DNA of 63,994 bases, filler included, from an uncultured bacterium (GTDB taxonomy: Bacteria > Hinthialibacterota > Hinthialibacteria > Hinthialibacterales > Hinthialibacteraceae), in the NCBI GenBank assembly GCA_964449065.1. It is 6 parts of 6 records of this genome, joined end to end, with 100 filler letters (N's around TTAATTAATTAA, not from the genome) between each part and the next. Parts side by side here need not be neighbours in the genome. Positions count along the whole stretch, not along the records: positions 1 to 11,303 come from CAYVAZ010000163.1; 5 more parts are not named here. One strand, 5' to 3'. Below, piece after piece: positions 1 to 10,661 of the stretch; the first letter of the stretch is position 1; every line of letters begins with the position of its first letter. The notes beneath the pieces are model-generated. The model saw only the letters and a list, made by a program, of their open reading frames with translations. It had not been told where the DNA came from and made no database searches. The translations under genes and the position numbers were made by a program.

Positions 1-126
1 ATATTGTGGTTGAAATCCCTTGGACTGGAATCAGCATAGTCGTTATTCGCGGTTATTGGCGTGTATTCGCGGTTAAAATCATTCGGAGAAATCCGTGACT
101 CAAGATGATTTGTGTACGGAGAGTAG

Positions 127-306
127 CCCTTTGGGAGAAGATAAGAGATGAGGGCGAAGAGAGCGATTGCTCTCTGCTACACAGCAGTGTAAAAAGGTTG
201 TGGTCTCCATAAGCCCTCACCCCAACCCTCTCCCAGTGGGCGAGGGCGACAGATACAGCGAAAGATTAAAATAACGAACAGAGCATAATGTATGCGTAAC
301 ATGAGT
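127..306 (+). repeat. Dispersed REP/MITE-like element, family A copy 1
   Basis: CCCTTTGGGAGAAGATAAGAGATGAGGGCGAAGAGAGCGATTGCTC ... CCCTCTCCCAGTGGGCGAGGG ... TATGCGTAACATGAGT; the same blocks recur at 5741-5910 and, reversed, at 63824-63994. Confidence 0.85.
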
Positions 307-309
307 AAA

Positions 310-2259
310 TTAAGATCGATAGGACAAAATACAGAATTGATACGGTTCCATACTGAGTTCTCTCGCGGCGATGATGGTTTTGCCGGAAACCAGATCAACC
401 ATGGTTTTGCGCAATCCCAGTTGACGCAATCGGCGCGCTTCGATGACTTGGTCTTTCTCGGTAAAGTTGGCGAGCATAAACGCGTTGTGCTCGCCATTGG
501 TGCGGAAATAACCGAAGACATGATCGTTCCCTGTTTCCACAATTTCGGTTTCCCCGTTTGAGAACGCAAGGTTTTGATGGCGGATTTGCACAATGCGCAT
601 TAAGTCTTGGTAGATGCGGCCGGTAATGCTTTCGGCATCGCGGCGTTCTTCGGCTTTTTCTTCATCAAATGCAGAGCGGTGCAGCCAGCGGCTGTCACCT
701 AGTTTTTCCAACGATTTTTCGTATTCATAATCATTCAGCGTTCCAATTTCATCGCCTAAATAGATAAGCGGGATGCCTCCGATGGTCATAATAACACCTT
801 GCAACATGGCAATACGGCGGATCGATAAGTCGATTTCAGTCGTGTCATTTGCTTCAATGGCTTTTTCCAGTCCGCACAATGATGCGCAGGTGCCGGATAC
901 GCGCGCTTCGCCCGTAGCGGGATCTTCTTGAAAAGGTGCCCCACAGGAAAAACTGCCAGGGAATTTTCCGGTATAGAACTTGGTGAGAAAGCGGCGGTGT
1001 TCCTCGGGATTGAACCCTACGTGCTCTACATCCTCATTCGAGAATCCCCAACCGATGTCATCGTGGCAGCGGACGTAATTTACCCATGAACAGCCGGCAG
1101 GGATTGCGAAACGTTTTTGCATAGCGTTTTTGAGTACCCGGGCATCCCTGGTGGCAAGTGCTTCCCACATTAAACACATCAATTGCGGGTTATATGAGAG
1201 TTCGCACTCTTCTTCGCTAATGTATTTCTTCACTTCATCGGGATGAACGATCGCTTCGGATTTAAACACCATCGCGGGTGCCACGATGGAAGTAAGCGCA
1301 TTAAAGGCTTGAATGATGGTGTGCGCTTCCGGTAGGTTTTGGCAGCCGGTGCCGAGGCGCTTCCATATAAACGCGACGGCATCCAAACGCAACACTTCAA
1401 CGCCCCGGTTGGCGATGAACAGCATCTCTTCCAGCATCTTGTTGAAGACGACCGGATTTTCGTAGTTGAGATCCCACTGGTAATTGTAGAACGAGGTCCA
1501 CACCCATTTGCGGATGCGGTTGCGGTAGGTAAAGCAGCCAGGGTGTTCATCGGGGAAAACGGCGGCAATGCTTTTTTCATACGCATCGGGCATACGGCGG
1601 TCGGGAAACATGCGGTAATATTCCTGATATTCGGGGTCGCCGGTTTTGGCGCGTGCTGCCCATTCGTGTTCATCGGACGTGTGATTGAAAACAAAATCCA
1701 GCACCAGCGAAATGCCGTGACGGCGCAGATCATCCGCCAACCGTTTTAAGTCGTCCATACTGCCCAGTTCGGGGTTGATTTCTCGGTAGCTGCTGACCGC
1801 GTAGCCGCCGTCGTTGTCACCTTCCGGGGCTTTGAATATGGGCATAAGATGAAGATAGGTGATCCCCATTTCTGTCAAATAAGGTATCTTCTCAATCAGC
1901 CCCTGGATGTCTCCCGCAAAAAGATCGACATAGCACATCGCGCCTACCATCCGGTTGGATTGATACCAGTGCGGATTGGTTTCGCGTAGGGCATCGAGCG
2001 CTTTAAGTTCATCCGGCCGTTCGATCCACATTTCAGTGGCTGAGTTCAGAATGCTTTCGATATGAAAGAAAAAATCATATTGCGTACCATAAAGAGCGTA
2101 TAAGCACGAAAACAAACGTGGAAAGTTGCGGCGCAGGCGTTCCACGTACCCTTGCCATTGATCCGCCTCAACCCGGCCCGAAAAGTGATATTCCAATCGG
2201 GGCAGCAGACGGGCGAAGGTGGCGTCGCTTTTCTTCCTGATCTCGATGGTATCCTGCAT
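310..2259 (-). CDS. Amylosucrase / GH13 alpha-amylase family glycosidase
   Basis: YLHLMP, DGGYAVS, DFVFNHTS, LRLDAVAF, FKSEAIV and YVRCHDDIGW motifs; start moved to ATG 2259 behind a GGAG RBS. Confidence 0.9.
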   Translation of the reverse strand: MQDTIEIRKKSDATFARLLPRLEYHFSGRVEADQWQGYVERLRRNFPRLFSCLYALYGTQYDFFFHIESILNSATEMWIERPDELKALDALRETNPHWYQSNRMVGAMCYVDLFAGDIQGLIEKIPYLTEMGITYLHLMPIFKAPEGDNDGGYAVSSYREINPELGSMDDLKRLADDLRRHGISLVLDFVFNHTSDEHEWAARAKTGDPEYQEYYRMFPDRRMPDAYEKSIAAVFPDEHPGCFTYRNRIRKWVWTSFYNYQWDLNYENPVVFNKMLEEMLFIANRGVEVLRLDAVAFIWKRLGTGCQNLPEAHTIIQAFNALTSIVAPAMVFKSEAIVHPDEVKKYISEEECELSYNPQLMCLMWEALATRDARVLKNAMQKRFAIPAGCSWVNYVRCHDDIGWGFSNEDVEHVGFNPEEHRRFLTKFYTGKFPGSFSCGAPFQEDPATGEARVSGTCASLCGLEKAIEANDTTEIDLSIRRIAMLQGVIMTIGGIPLIYLGDEIGTLNDYEYEKSLEKLGDSRWLHRSAFDEEKAEERRDAESITGRIYQDLMRIVQIRHQNLAFSNGETEIVETGNDHVFGYFRTNGEHNAFMLANFTEKDQVIEARRLRQLGLRKTMVDLVSGKTIIAARELSMEPYQFCILSYRS

Positions 2260-2693
2260 GTACGAACTCCCAACAGCCGTTTTCCGTTCGGTATAAATCT
2301 GCATTCGGAATTTGCACGACAATTTGCGATCTTATCTTTACGTTAACGGTTATTTTAGCCGGGAATCCACGCGAATACACGCGAATGGATGGTATTGAGT
2401 CATCGTGAAGAGTGTATGTTTATCCGCTTCCTTGCCAATGATTGACAGCGAAGGCGGCAAGCAATTAGCGAAGAATTCTTGTTTTCAGTGATTGTTTTTG
2501 TTCAATAGTACATTAAGAGTAGTATCATTAATCATCAAAAATCCAATTACCGATCCGGTGAATAAGCGTATTCACGTAATCCCTTATATAGCATTTCTAT
2601 TTTGCGAGTTAAGAAAGAAAACCGCTTGGTCTTTCTTTCGCGAAGGCTTATCGCCACGCTTACCCCACAATTTATAATAAAAACGGTATTATA

Positions 2694-2987
2694 AGTTGAT
2701 GTTACGCAAAATCCTATACGGTAGGTATTGTCGCGAGCATCAGACCTGTTTCAATAGTCACTCAATAAGAAGAAATACTGCAAAATATGGAGGCAGTAAT
2801 GCCCGCATAAAAATGTTGAGAATATTGGAAATGCTGTACCATACCCCCCCTTGCAGAAAGGGGTGGAGCCGTAGGCTCCGGGGGATTTGTGCCGTTGATA
2901 ACGTACTCGATCCTCCAACCTCCCCTAAATAAGGGGGGGATAACAACCGGTACAAACCGACAATATCTTCGTTGTGTAACATGAGTT
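2694..2987. mobile_element. IR-bounded mini-element (MITE-like) containing C/G-run hairpins
   Basis: Ends TGATGTTACGCAA and TTGTGTAACATGA are imperfect inverted repeats flanked by TATA; internal CCTCCCCTAAATAAGGGGGGG hairpin is also seen at 11404 and 20001. Confidence 0.6.
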
Positions 2988-3726
2988 ATAAATCAAAATC
3001 CTGCAGAATGATGTTTTCGGCAAAATCTTTGTAGGCGTTTCCAACCTGTTTGGCCATGCTGTCAGGGAAGGCGTGGAAGGCTCCCGTTTTCAGGGCTTCT
3101 ATAACAGACTCGGCGACCAGCGATGGCGGTTCAGCAATATCTCCCAATCCGGCCGCAGTCCCCATATCGGTTTTGATGGGACCGGGGTGGATACTTAGCA
3201 CAATTGTGCCTTGCTCTTTGAGTACATCTTTTAATGACTGGGTGATGGAATAGGCCGCCGCTTTGGATGCGCTGTAACTGGCAAAAGGTGGGAATCCCTT
3301 TAATGATGCGACCGAGTTCAGGTTGGCAAACACCCCGCCGCCATTGGATTTAAGTACCGGAGCGAACGCTTCGGCCATGCGGATTAACCCTTTGACGTTT
3401 ACGTCCATCTCTTGATCAAATACGCTTAAGACATCGTCTTGCAGGATGGTGGCGGTTTTTAAAATTCCCGCATTGTTGATGACGACCTCCACATCGCTTG
3501 CGGATTGGGCCGCACGGGTGATGGTCTCGTTCTTTTGAACATCAATTTCGATTGGCGATACGTTGCCGCCATATTTTTCAACCAGGGGGGCGGCAGAATC
3601 CAGGTTGCGAACAGCGGCATAAACTTTAGCGGCTCCGTATTCGATGAAGTGTTCGACAAGAGCTTTGCCGATGCCGCGGTTTGCTCCGGTAACTAAAACC
3701 ACTTTGCCTTTTAGATCGTATCCCAT
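2986..3726 (-). CDS. Short-chain dehydrogenase/reductase (SDR)
   Basis: TGANRGIG, NNAG and YSASK motifs; ATG 3726 with GGAG RBS. Confidence 0.92.
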   Translation of the reverse strand: MGYDLKGKVVLVTGANRGIGKALVEHFIEYGAAKVYAAVRNLDSAAPLVEKYGGNVSPIEIDVQKNETITRAAQSASDVEVVINNAGILKTATILQDDVLSVFDQEMDVNVKGLIRMAEAFAPVLKSNGGGVFANLNSVASLKGFPPFASYSASKAAAYSITQSLKDVLKEQGTIVLSIHPGPIKTDMGTAAGLGDIAEPPSLVAESVIEALKTGAFHAFPDSMAKQVGNAYKDFAENIILQDFDL

Positions 3727-4103
3727 GATAGAGTCTCCTTCCGAGTTCATCTGATTTTAATTGTTGCAACGATATTCCTTATTATACATATTCCGGTTGC
3801 GTACGCAAAATTTTATTAAAAAAAATTCGAAAAGAACGACTGTTTGTACAAAAATTACCCTATATTTAAAAGAATCAATGGATTATGTGTTTGTAATTTT
3901 TTTTTGTTTAAATTTGGTTATGAGCAAAAAAATACTTTACGAAGCAGAAATATCGTATATACTAAAGATGAAATAGTCCATACCAGCAGCTGAAGTACCG
4001 GAAATACGTTTCAAGACACGTTTGACGTTTGTCACGAGTATTTGGATGTTTACCGGCTATACCAGACACAGCGGGATGGCATCCTAAAGAAAGGAGAAAC
4101 GTC

Positions 4104-4304
4104 ATGGAAACAGGAACCGTAAAATGGTTTAATGAGCAAAAAGGCTATGGGTTTATCGAAACTCAAGAAGGCAAAGAATTTTTTGTTCATTTTTCCGGAA
4201 TCCAATCCGATGGTTTTAAGACTCTTCATGAAGGACAACACGTCTCTTTTGAAGTAGAACAAGGCGATAAAGGCCCGAAAGCCGTCAACGTCTCAACCAA
4301 CTAA
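4104..4304 (+). CDS. cspA: Cold-shock protein (CspA family)
   Basis: [15 protein letters not shown]...FVHFSGI RNP motifs; AAGGAG RBS. Confidence 0.93.
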   Translation: METGTVKWFNEQKGYGFIETQEGKEFFVHFSGIQSDGFKTLHEGQHVSFEVEQGDKGPKAVNVSTN

Positions 4305-4329
4305 GACAGTTTCTTCATAAGAAACCGGC

Positions 4330-4362
4330 ATACCCGCTCAGCAATGAGCGGGTATTGCTTTT
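4330..4362 (+). terminator. Rho-independent terminator after csp gene
   Basis: ATACCCGCTCA-gcaa-TGAGCGGGTAT stem followed by T-rich tail. Confidence 0.75.
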
Positions 4363-4468
4363 GTGTTTTGCCACAATCCAGCCATTGTACGAATCGTGCA
4401 AATATGATAGTTTCAAGCAACCCAAAAAAATCATCAAATCAAACCTAGAAACTAAATAGGAGAGGGAT

Positions 4469-5551
4469 ATGAAAAAAAGATTACTTATGCAATTTGTGTT
4501 ATGTTTCGCATTGACTTTAGCATCCAACACAGGGATAGCAGCCTCGCACAAAGAAGGGGAAAAGCCAAAGACAACAGGGCAGGGCGAGTATAAATTTAAA
4601 GTCTTGCAAACCCGTGATATTCTGCCGGAGAAGGCTACTGAGGTTTTAGAAAAAGCGCATGGCGGCTTTGCCGTAGACCGTCGTTCGGGTAAAGGAGAAA
4701 TCTATTTCGCTTTACCCGGTACCGGAATCATCCGCATTGATAACAATTATGCCGCGGCAACGCTGCTGGAAACCGATCCGGCGATGCGAGATACCAACAT
4801 GCACAACTGCACCATTTGGTATACCGATGACGGCAACCCGCGTTTGGTGTTTCCCGGCAACAGCGTGGGGAAAGTTTTTACTACCGATTTGGATGGGAAA
4901 TTGTTGGATACCCTGAACGCGCCGACCTCTGAAAACGATTTTCAAGACTATCCGCCGGTGAATGCATATTTCCATGAAGGCGGTGCGTTTGTGCCGACTG
5001 ATGTGGAGTATCTGCGTGAAATGTATTATGTTACTACGGGTTATTCAAAACTGGATTATGTCTTAACCGCGGATGTAGAGGATGAACCTACCATTGCTAC
5101 CTGGTCTGACTTGGCGTTCGGCGGGAAAGGCGACGGACCCGGACAATTCGGCACCGGTCACGGCATCACTGTTTCTCCAGACGGGAATAAGATTCATGTA
5201 GCGGACCGCCCCAATGCACAAATCGAGCATTTCACCCGCCATGGTCATTTCCTTAAGCATATTCAACTTCCAATCGGTTCACTTGCCTGCGATGTGGATT
5301 ACACCGCTGGTTTGGCTCTTGTCCCCTGCTTGCGCGGACCCGAGAAAGACAAAGGCGCCCCCATTTATCTCATGAAAAATGATGAGATTATTTCCACCAT
5401 AATGATCAAGGAAGATTTGGGGCTTGAGAAATTTACGCATATCCACAACGCTGTTTTGACTACCCGCAATGGCGTACTGTATATCATCGCGCAAGCGTGG
5501 AATCCAGGTGATTTCACGATTCTTGCGCAAGTCATTGAAGACGAAGAATAG
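4469..5551 (+). CDS. Secreted NHL-repeat / beta-propeller protein (peptidylglycine monooxygenase-like)
   Basis: Signal peptide; GKGDGPGQFGTGHGITV..IHVADRPN NHL-type repeat; several conserved His residues. Confidence 0.7.
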   Translation: MKKRLLMQFVLCFALTLASNTGIAASHKEGEKPKTTGQGEYKFKVLQTRDILPEKATEVLEKAHGGFAVDRRSGKGEIYFALPGTGIIRIDNNYAAATLLETDPAMRDTNMHNCTIWYTDDGNPRLVFPGNSVGKVFTTDLDGKLLDTLNAPTSENDFQDYPPVNAYFHEGGAFVPTDVEYLREMYYVTTGYSKLDYVLTADVEDEPTIATWSDLAFGGKGDGPGQFGTGHGITVSPDGNKIHVADRPNAQIEHFTRHGHFLKHIQLPIGSLACDVDYTAGLALVPCLRGPEKDKGAPIYLMKNDEIISTIMIKEDLGLEKFTHIHNAVLTTRNGVLYIIAQAWNPGDFTILAQVIEDEE

Positions 5552-5740
5552 TATTTAGTGACAAGCACCGAACCCTCAGATAAAGCGTTGAGGGATATAG
5601 CAAAAGGCTAACACCATAGGGCTGGTAGTACGTAATCCATCCTGAGTTTAAGTAAGTGAAGATACGAAATGATGATTGACTACAGAGGATTTTGTTATAG
5701 ACCAAATTGTCTTAGTCAGATGCAATATCTATCGTCTTCT

Positions 5741-5910
5741 CCCTTTGGGAGAAGATAAGAGATGAGGGCGAAGAGAGCGATTGCTCCCTTTAACGCGATA
5801 GCGTAATTAGAGGTGATTGTCACTTTAAACCCTCTCCCAGTGGTCGAGGGCGATAGATACAGCGTACATATAGAAAAATAGGCATATCATAGCGTATGCG
5901 TAACACGAGT
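5741..5910 (+). repeat. Family A element copy 2
   Basis: First 46 nt identical to 127-172; ends TATGCGTAACACGAGT. Confidence 0.85.
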
Positions 5911-5979
5911 TGCATAGTTCATTAAACTCACGAAAGTAATGCAAAAGAACTTCGCACTCTCCAGAATAGAGATTTCTAT

Positions 5980-6747
5980 ATGGGATATCCCGGATCTGAC
6001 TTAAAAATTGTTTGTACAATTGAAGCACGGATGAATGCTTCGCGGTTGCCTGGCAAGATGATGCTGCCGCTGGCGGGTAAGCCGGTGATTGAGCGGGTGA
6101 TAGATCGGATCCGTCCAAGCAAATATGTGGATGAGATTATTGTGGCAAGCACAGAACACCCGTTGGATGACCTTCTTGAATATGCGTGCAAGCTTTCAAA
6201 GTGTTTGTGTTACCGGGGCAGTGAAGAAGATGTGATGTCGCGGGTTTTGGAAGCGGCGGAAACCGTTGATGGAGATTTGATTGTAGAGATCAATGGGGAC
6301 TGCCCGATGATTGATCCCCGGCATATAGATCAAGTGATTGCGGCGTTTTTTTCCGGGGAATTTGACTATGCTTCCAATTTGACTGCCTTAGGTTCTGGAT
6401 TTCCGGATGGAATGGATGTGCAGGTATTTCCGGTCTCCATTTTACGTGAAGTCTCCGGTTATATCACAGATCCTGTGGCCCGGTCTCATGTCAGTTACCC
6501 CATTTACTCCCAACCGGAACGGTACCGCTGTGTTACATGTCATGCGGAAGGAGATTTGGTTTGGCCGGAGTTGGAACTATTGCTGGATGAAAAGGATGAC
6601 TATATTTTGCTGGATACACTATACCGGCGGTTAACCGAAAATTCCTCTGCGTTTACAGCGGAAGATGTGGTGCGGTATCTTCGGCAGCATCAGGATTTGT
6701 TAACAATCACGAATCAAGTCAAACGGAAAGCGCTAGAAGAAGGCTAA
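5980..6747 (+). CDS. SpsF-like cytidylyltransferase (CMP-nonulosonate synthetase family)
   Basis: EARMNASRLPGK, GSEEDVMSR and GDCPMIDP motifs. Confidence 0.88.
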   Translation: MGYPGSDLKIVCTIEARMNASRLPGKMMLPLAGKPVIERVIDRIRPSKYVDEIIVASTEHPLDDLLEYACKLSKCLCYRGSEEDVMSRVLEAAETVDGDLIVEINGDCPMIDPRHIDQVIAAFFSGEFDYASNLTALGSGFPDGMDVQVFPVSILREVSGYITDPVARSHVSYPIYSQPERYRCVTCHAEGDLVWPELELLLDEKDDYILLDTLYRRLTENSSAFTAEDVVRYLRQHQDLLTITNQVKRKALEEG

Positions 6748-7718
6748 TGGTGTACAAAGTTGCTGTTATCGGTTGCGGGCGGATTGGTGTATTGTTTGAT
6801 GAACCGGGACATCCAACCATTCTGAGCCACGCCCATGCCCTTATAACCTCACCGGATTGCGAACTCATAGCCGCAATGGATGTTGAAAGAGATCGGGCGG
6901 AAACGGCTGCCAAACGATGGAATACGAAAGCTTATACTAGTTTGGAAGAAGTTTTTAATGAGGCCAGACCGGATGTGTATTGTATCTGTGTCCCGAATCA
7001 ATATCACTATGATTCCCTGAAACAAGTTTCGATCTACCAACCGAAAGCGGTTGTTGCGGAAAAACCCTTAACCACGGATTTACAGACCACTCAAGAAATT
7101 GTTGATACATACCGACAGAAGAATATCCCTTTATTTGTTAATTATACCCGCTGCTATGATCCGAAAATGATTGAAATACGCGACCGGATTCGAAAGGGGA
7201 CTCATGGCCGGTTGATCCATGCTGTCGTGAAATACTCCAAAGGAATTATGCATAACGGTTCCCACATGATTGCGGCCGCGAATTTTTTATTTGGGCGGTA
7301 TCATTCGGGAAAGCCGGTAAGCGCCATCATTGATCACCGAGAGGATGACCCCACATTAAGCGCTGTGATGCGATATGAATTTTGCGATCCGGTTTTTTTG
7401 ACGGGGTGTGACGAGCGGTGTTACTCTGTATTTGAAATCGATATGCTATTCGAGAAGGGGCGGATGGTATTTGAAGATTTGGGGTTTCGCTTTCGGCGGT
7501 ATGCCGTGCGTGAAGACCCCTTGTATCCCGGCGATCAGGATTTGGTCTTGGAGGAACACAACGAAACAGGGATGATGCACTCGCTTCCCCTCTTATGGCA
7601 GCAGGTCGTTGATACAATTCAAAATCAAACTCCAATCCATAGCGGTGGAGAATTGGCTTTAGAAACGCAGCGTGTATGTACGGATTTGCTGGATCAATAT
7701 GTACATGAAACCATCTGA
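6747..7718 (+). CDS. Gfo/Idh/MocA oxidoreductase (sugar-nucleotide pathway)
   Basis: IGCGRIG, EKP and HNGSH motifs; TAATG overlap with the upstream gene. Confidence 0.85.
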   Translation: MVYKVAVIGCGRIGVLFDEPGHPTILSHAHALITSPDCELIAAMDVERDRAETAAKRWNTKAYTSLEEVFNEARPDVYCICVPNQYHYDSLKQVSIYQPKAVVAEKPLTTDLQTTQEIVDTYRQKNIPLFVNYTRCYDPKMIEIRDRIRKGTHGRLIHAVVKYSKGIMHNGSHMIAAANFLFGRYHSGKPVSAIIDHREDDPTLSAVMRYEFCDPVFLTGCDERCYSVFEIDMLFEKGRMVFEDLGFRFRRYAVREDPLYPGDQDLVLEEHNETGMMHSLPLLWQQVVDTIQNQTPIHSGGELALETQRVCTDLLDQYVHETI

Positions 7719-8748
7719 AACGTTATCATCGGTTGAGCGGATTTATGAGGCTATATCCGGATTTTCCGTGTATTTTTTTTATGTGGTAGAGCCGGGAGCG
7801 TATCAATGTACCTCTGATGTATTTGCGATTTTAAAATCGGAAGGCAAACAGGTGTACTGGGTTGGCGGTGGATGGTTTTATGATACAAAACCGGTCGAAG
7901 ATGCTGTTCTTTCGCAAGAAGAATTTTTTCAAATAGTAACCACGTTTCCATCAAAAGATGTATGTGTAGTTTTTGGTTCCCAGGCTGACCACTCTAATAC
8001 CCAAAAGGGGATCGAATTTTGTAAGCAGCAAAATATGTTCACTCTATTTTTATTTGATCACTGGTGCAATTTGGAATTACACTTTTTGGATCAAGAGAAC
8101 AAGGTTTTGCATCTCCCCCATCGAATCGGTGTGGTGGATGCGTTCGAACAAGAAGCGTTATGGAACGCTCTGCGGCCTTATAATCCCCCCAACGGATACC
8201 GGAATAATATCGTAGTCACAGGCCAACCTTCGATTGAAAGCATGGTACAAAAAATTCAACGTGTTACGCCGCAATCCATTCAGGCATTCCGTCGTGAAAT
8301 CAATGCGGTTGACCGAAAGGTTCAATTGTATTTAATGGAACCGAATTGTGTTGATTTTGGCTTGGATGTGTGGGATAGAAATTATTTAGGGTATACCGAA
8401 TATACCGTTTTGGACCTAGTGCTTAAAGAGAAACGGGACAATGATGATGTATTACTCATTCGCCCGCATCCCCGGCAGAGAATGGATGTTTTTCATTCGT
8501 TCTTCGATGGATATTCAAACAATTTGAAACGCGATTGCATTGTCGCAACAAAGCATCCTTTGGAACTGTTGATCGCTTCGGCCGATGCCATTTATGGAAT
8601 GACTACCGTTGTATTGATTATGGCATTGAAAGCAGGAAAAACGGTTGTCAGTTTACAACCTAACCGCACGGCACGAGGTAAAAAAATGTCAAATATCTAT
8701 ATCGAACAATACCTAGAGAAAACAGATAACAGTGGAGAACCTATATGA
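7705..8748 (+). CDS. Hypothetical GT-B-like protein (possible nonulosonate transferase)
   Basis: FDHW, VTGQP, IRPHPR and GMTT motifs resembling GT-B/CDP-glycerol transferase-like proteins; lies within the sugar operon. Confidence 0.55.
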   Translation: MKPSETLSSVERIYEAISGFSVYFFYVVEPGAYQCTSDVFAILKSEGKQVYWVGGGWFYDTKPVEDAVLSQEEFFQIVTTFPSKDVCVVFGSQADHSNTQKGIEFCKQQNMFTLFLFDHWCNLELHFLDQENKVLHLPHRIGVVDAFEQEALWNALRPYNPPNGYRNNIVVTGQPSIESMVQKIQRVTPQSIQAFRREINAVDRKVQLYLMEPNCVDFGLDVWDRNYLGYTEYTVLDLVLKEKRDNDDVLLIRPHPRQRMDVFHSFFDGYSNNLKRDCIVATKHPLELLIASADAIYGMTTVVLIMALKAGKTVVSLQPNRTARGKKMSNIYIEQYLEKTDNSGEPI

Positions 8749-10055
8749 AACTTGCCATTAATGGTGGAGAACCGGTCCGCACCAAACTGTTCCCCGCGAA
8801 CAATGTCATTGGTCAAGAAGAGAAGGATGCCGTCATGAACGTGATGGATAGCGGCATTCTATCCCGCTTTTTGGGGAGTTGGGACCGCGAAGGGTTTTTT
8901 GGCGGCGAGCAAGTGCAATCACTTGAAAAGGAATGGGCAGAGCATTTTCAAGTCAAACACGCGATTGCGGTTAATTCCTGCACATCCGGATTGTATGCGG
9001 CCGTGGGAGCCACCGGCATCGAGCCGGGAGAAGAAGTGATTGTGACACCCTACACCATGTCGGCTTCGGCGGCAGCGGCTTTGATTTTTAACGCCGTCCC
9101 TGTTTTTGCCGATATTGAAGAGGACACCTTTTGTTTGGATCCGGTAGAGGTTGAGAAAAAAATCACCCCACGAACCCGCGCGATTATGGTGGTGGATTTG
9201 TTCGGACATCCCTACCATGCGGAAGCCATCAACGCGATTGCCAAAAAACACAACTTGTATGTGATAGAAGACACCGCCCAAGCCCCCGATGCGGTTTGCA
9301 ACGGCAAGAAAGCCGGAACATTGGGAGATATGGGCGTGTTCTCGCTCAACTATCATAAGCATATTCATTGCGGCGAAGGTGGAATCGTTGTGACCGATAA
9401 TGATGATCTTGCCGATAAAGTGCGGTTAATTCGTAATCACGCGGAGGCGGTCGTGGAAGAAAAGGGAACCCGGGATTTAGTCAACATGATCGGGTTCAAT
9501 TTTCGGCTGCCGGAATTGGAGTGCGCGATTACCCGCAGCCAATTGAAAAAACTCCCGCGGTTGGTGAGAGACCGTCAAGAAAATTGTAATTACTTGTCGG
9601 AAAAATTACAACAATTACCCGGTCTAACTCCCCCCAAAGTACGGGACGGTTGCACACACGCTTATTATGTTTATGCTATGCGATACGATGAAAACGTATT
9701 GGGTGTGCCGAGAAGCAAAATCGTGGCGGCTTTGCAAAAAGAATTGCCTGCAACCGAAACCCGCGAATACGAAGGCACAATGTTGTGGGGCGGTTATGTA
9801 AAACCGCTGTATTTGCAGCCGATGTACCAGCAAAAAACCGCGTATGGTTCAAAAGGGTGCCCGTTTACAAAACCGTGGTATGATGGGGAAGTGGATTACC
9901 GCAAAGGAATATGCCCCGTCGCCGAACGCATGCACGAAAAAGAATTGCTCTTGCACGAAATCATTCACGCGGCATTGACGAAAGAGGATATGGACGATAT
10001 CCACAACGCCTTTGAAAAAGTGTGGGAACACAAAGACGAGTTAAAGGAATCGTAA
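8745..10055 (+). CDS. DegT/DnrJ/EryC1/StrS PLP-dependent sugar aminotransferase
   Basis: NSCTSGL, IEDTAQA and SLNYHKHIHCGEGG motifs. Confidence 0.93.
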   Translation: MKLAINGGEPVRTKLFPANNVIGQEEKDAVMNVMDSGILSRFLGSWDREGFFGGEQVQSLEKEWAEHFQVKHAIAVNSCTSGLYAAVGATGIEPGEEVIVTPYTMSASAAAALIFNAVPVFADIEEDTFCLDPVEVEKKITPRTRAIMVVDLFGHPYHAEAINAIAKKHNLYVIEDTAQAPDAVCNGKKAGTLGDMGVFSLNYHKHIHCGEGGIVVTDNDDLADKVRLIRNHAEAVVEEKGTRDLVNMIGFNFRLPELECAITRSQLKKLPRLVRDRQENCNYLSEKLQQLPGLTPPKVRDGCTHAYYVYAMRYDENVLGVPRSKIVAALQKELPATETREYEGTMLWGGYVKPLYLQPMYQQKTAYGSKGCPFTKPWYDGEVDYRKGICPVAERMHEKELLLHEIIHAALTKEDMDDIHNAFEKVWEHKDELKES

Positions 10056-10061
10056 TCGATC

Positions 10062-10604
10062 ATGTCCTCCTTTCATCCCAAACAAAAAATATTAATGGGG
10101 GATACAATCCGGCTTGTTCCGTTTAATGAATCGCATTTAACCGAACGCTATATCTCATGGCTAAACGATCCGGAAGTGGTTCGCTATAGCGACCAGCGGT
10201 TCCGGCATCATACCCTTGAAAGTTGCCGGGAGTATTTCTTAGGCCATAAAGATTCGCCCAATTGGTTTTGGGCTATCGAAACTCTTCCTGAAGAAAATCA
10301 TATCGGAAATATTAATGCCGATGTCAACGAGTGGCATTCGGTCGCGGATATCGGGATTCTCATTGGAGAAAAAGACTATTGGGGGAAGGGGATTGCCACC
10401 CAAGCCTACCGGCTGGCTATTGAATTTTTATTCCATGAGATGCAAATGCGTAAGATCACGGTGGGAACGCTTTCTGTCAATCAGGGGATGCTGAACGTTA
10501 TGAAAAAATTGAAGATGCTGCCGGACGGTGCGCGGAAAAGACATTGCCTATGGGAAGGCAAAGAAGTAGATGTGGTGGAAATGGCGTTGTTTTTAAAGGT
10601 ATAA
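10062..10604 (+). CDS. GNAT N-acetyltransferase (RimJ/PseH-like)
   Basis: YISWLNDPEV, HIGNI and YWGKGIAT acetyl-CoA motif. Confidence 0.88.
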   Translation: MSSFHPKQKILMGDTIRLVPFNESHLTERYISWLNDPEVVRYSDQRFRHHTLESCREYFLGHKDSPNWFWAIETLPEENHIGNINADVNEWHSVADIGILIGEKDYWGKGIATQAYRLAIEFLFHEMQMRKITVGTLSVNQGMLNVMKKLKMLPDGARKRHCLWEGKEVDVVEMALFLKV

Positions 10605-10661
10605 TCTACTTACTATATACATACACCTTTTCCTATTATTATCATAATCAATTGCATGGTG

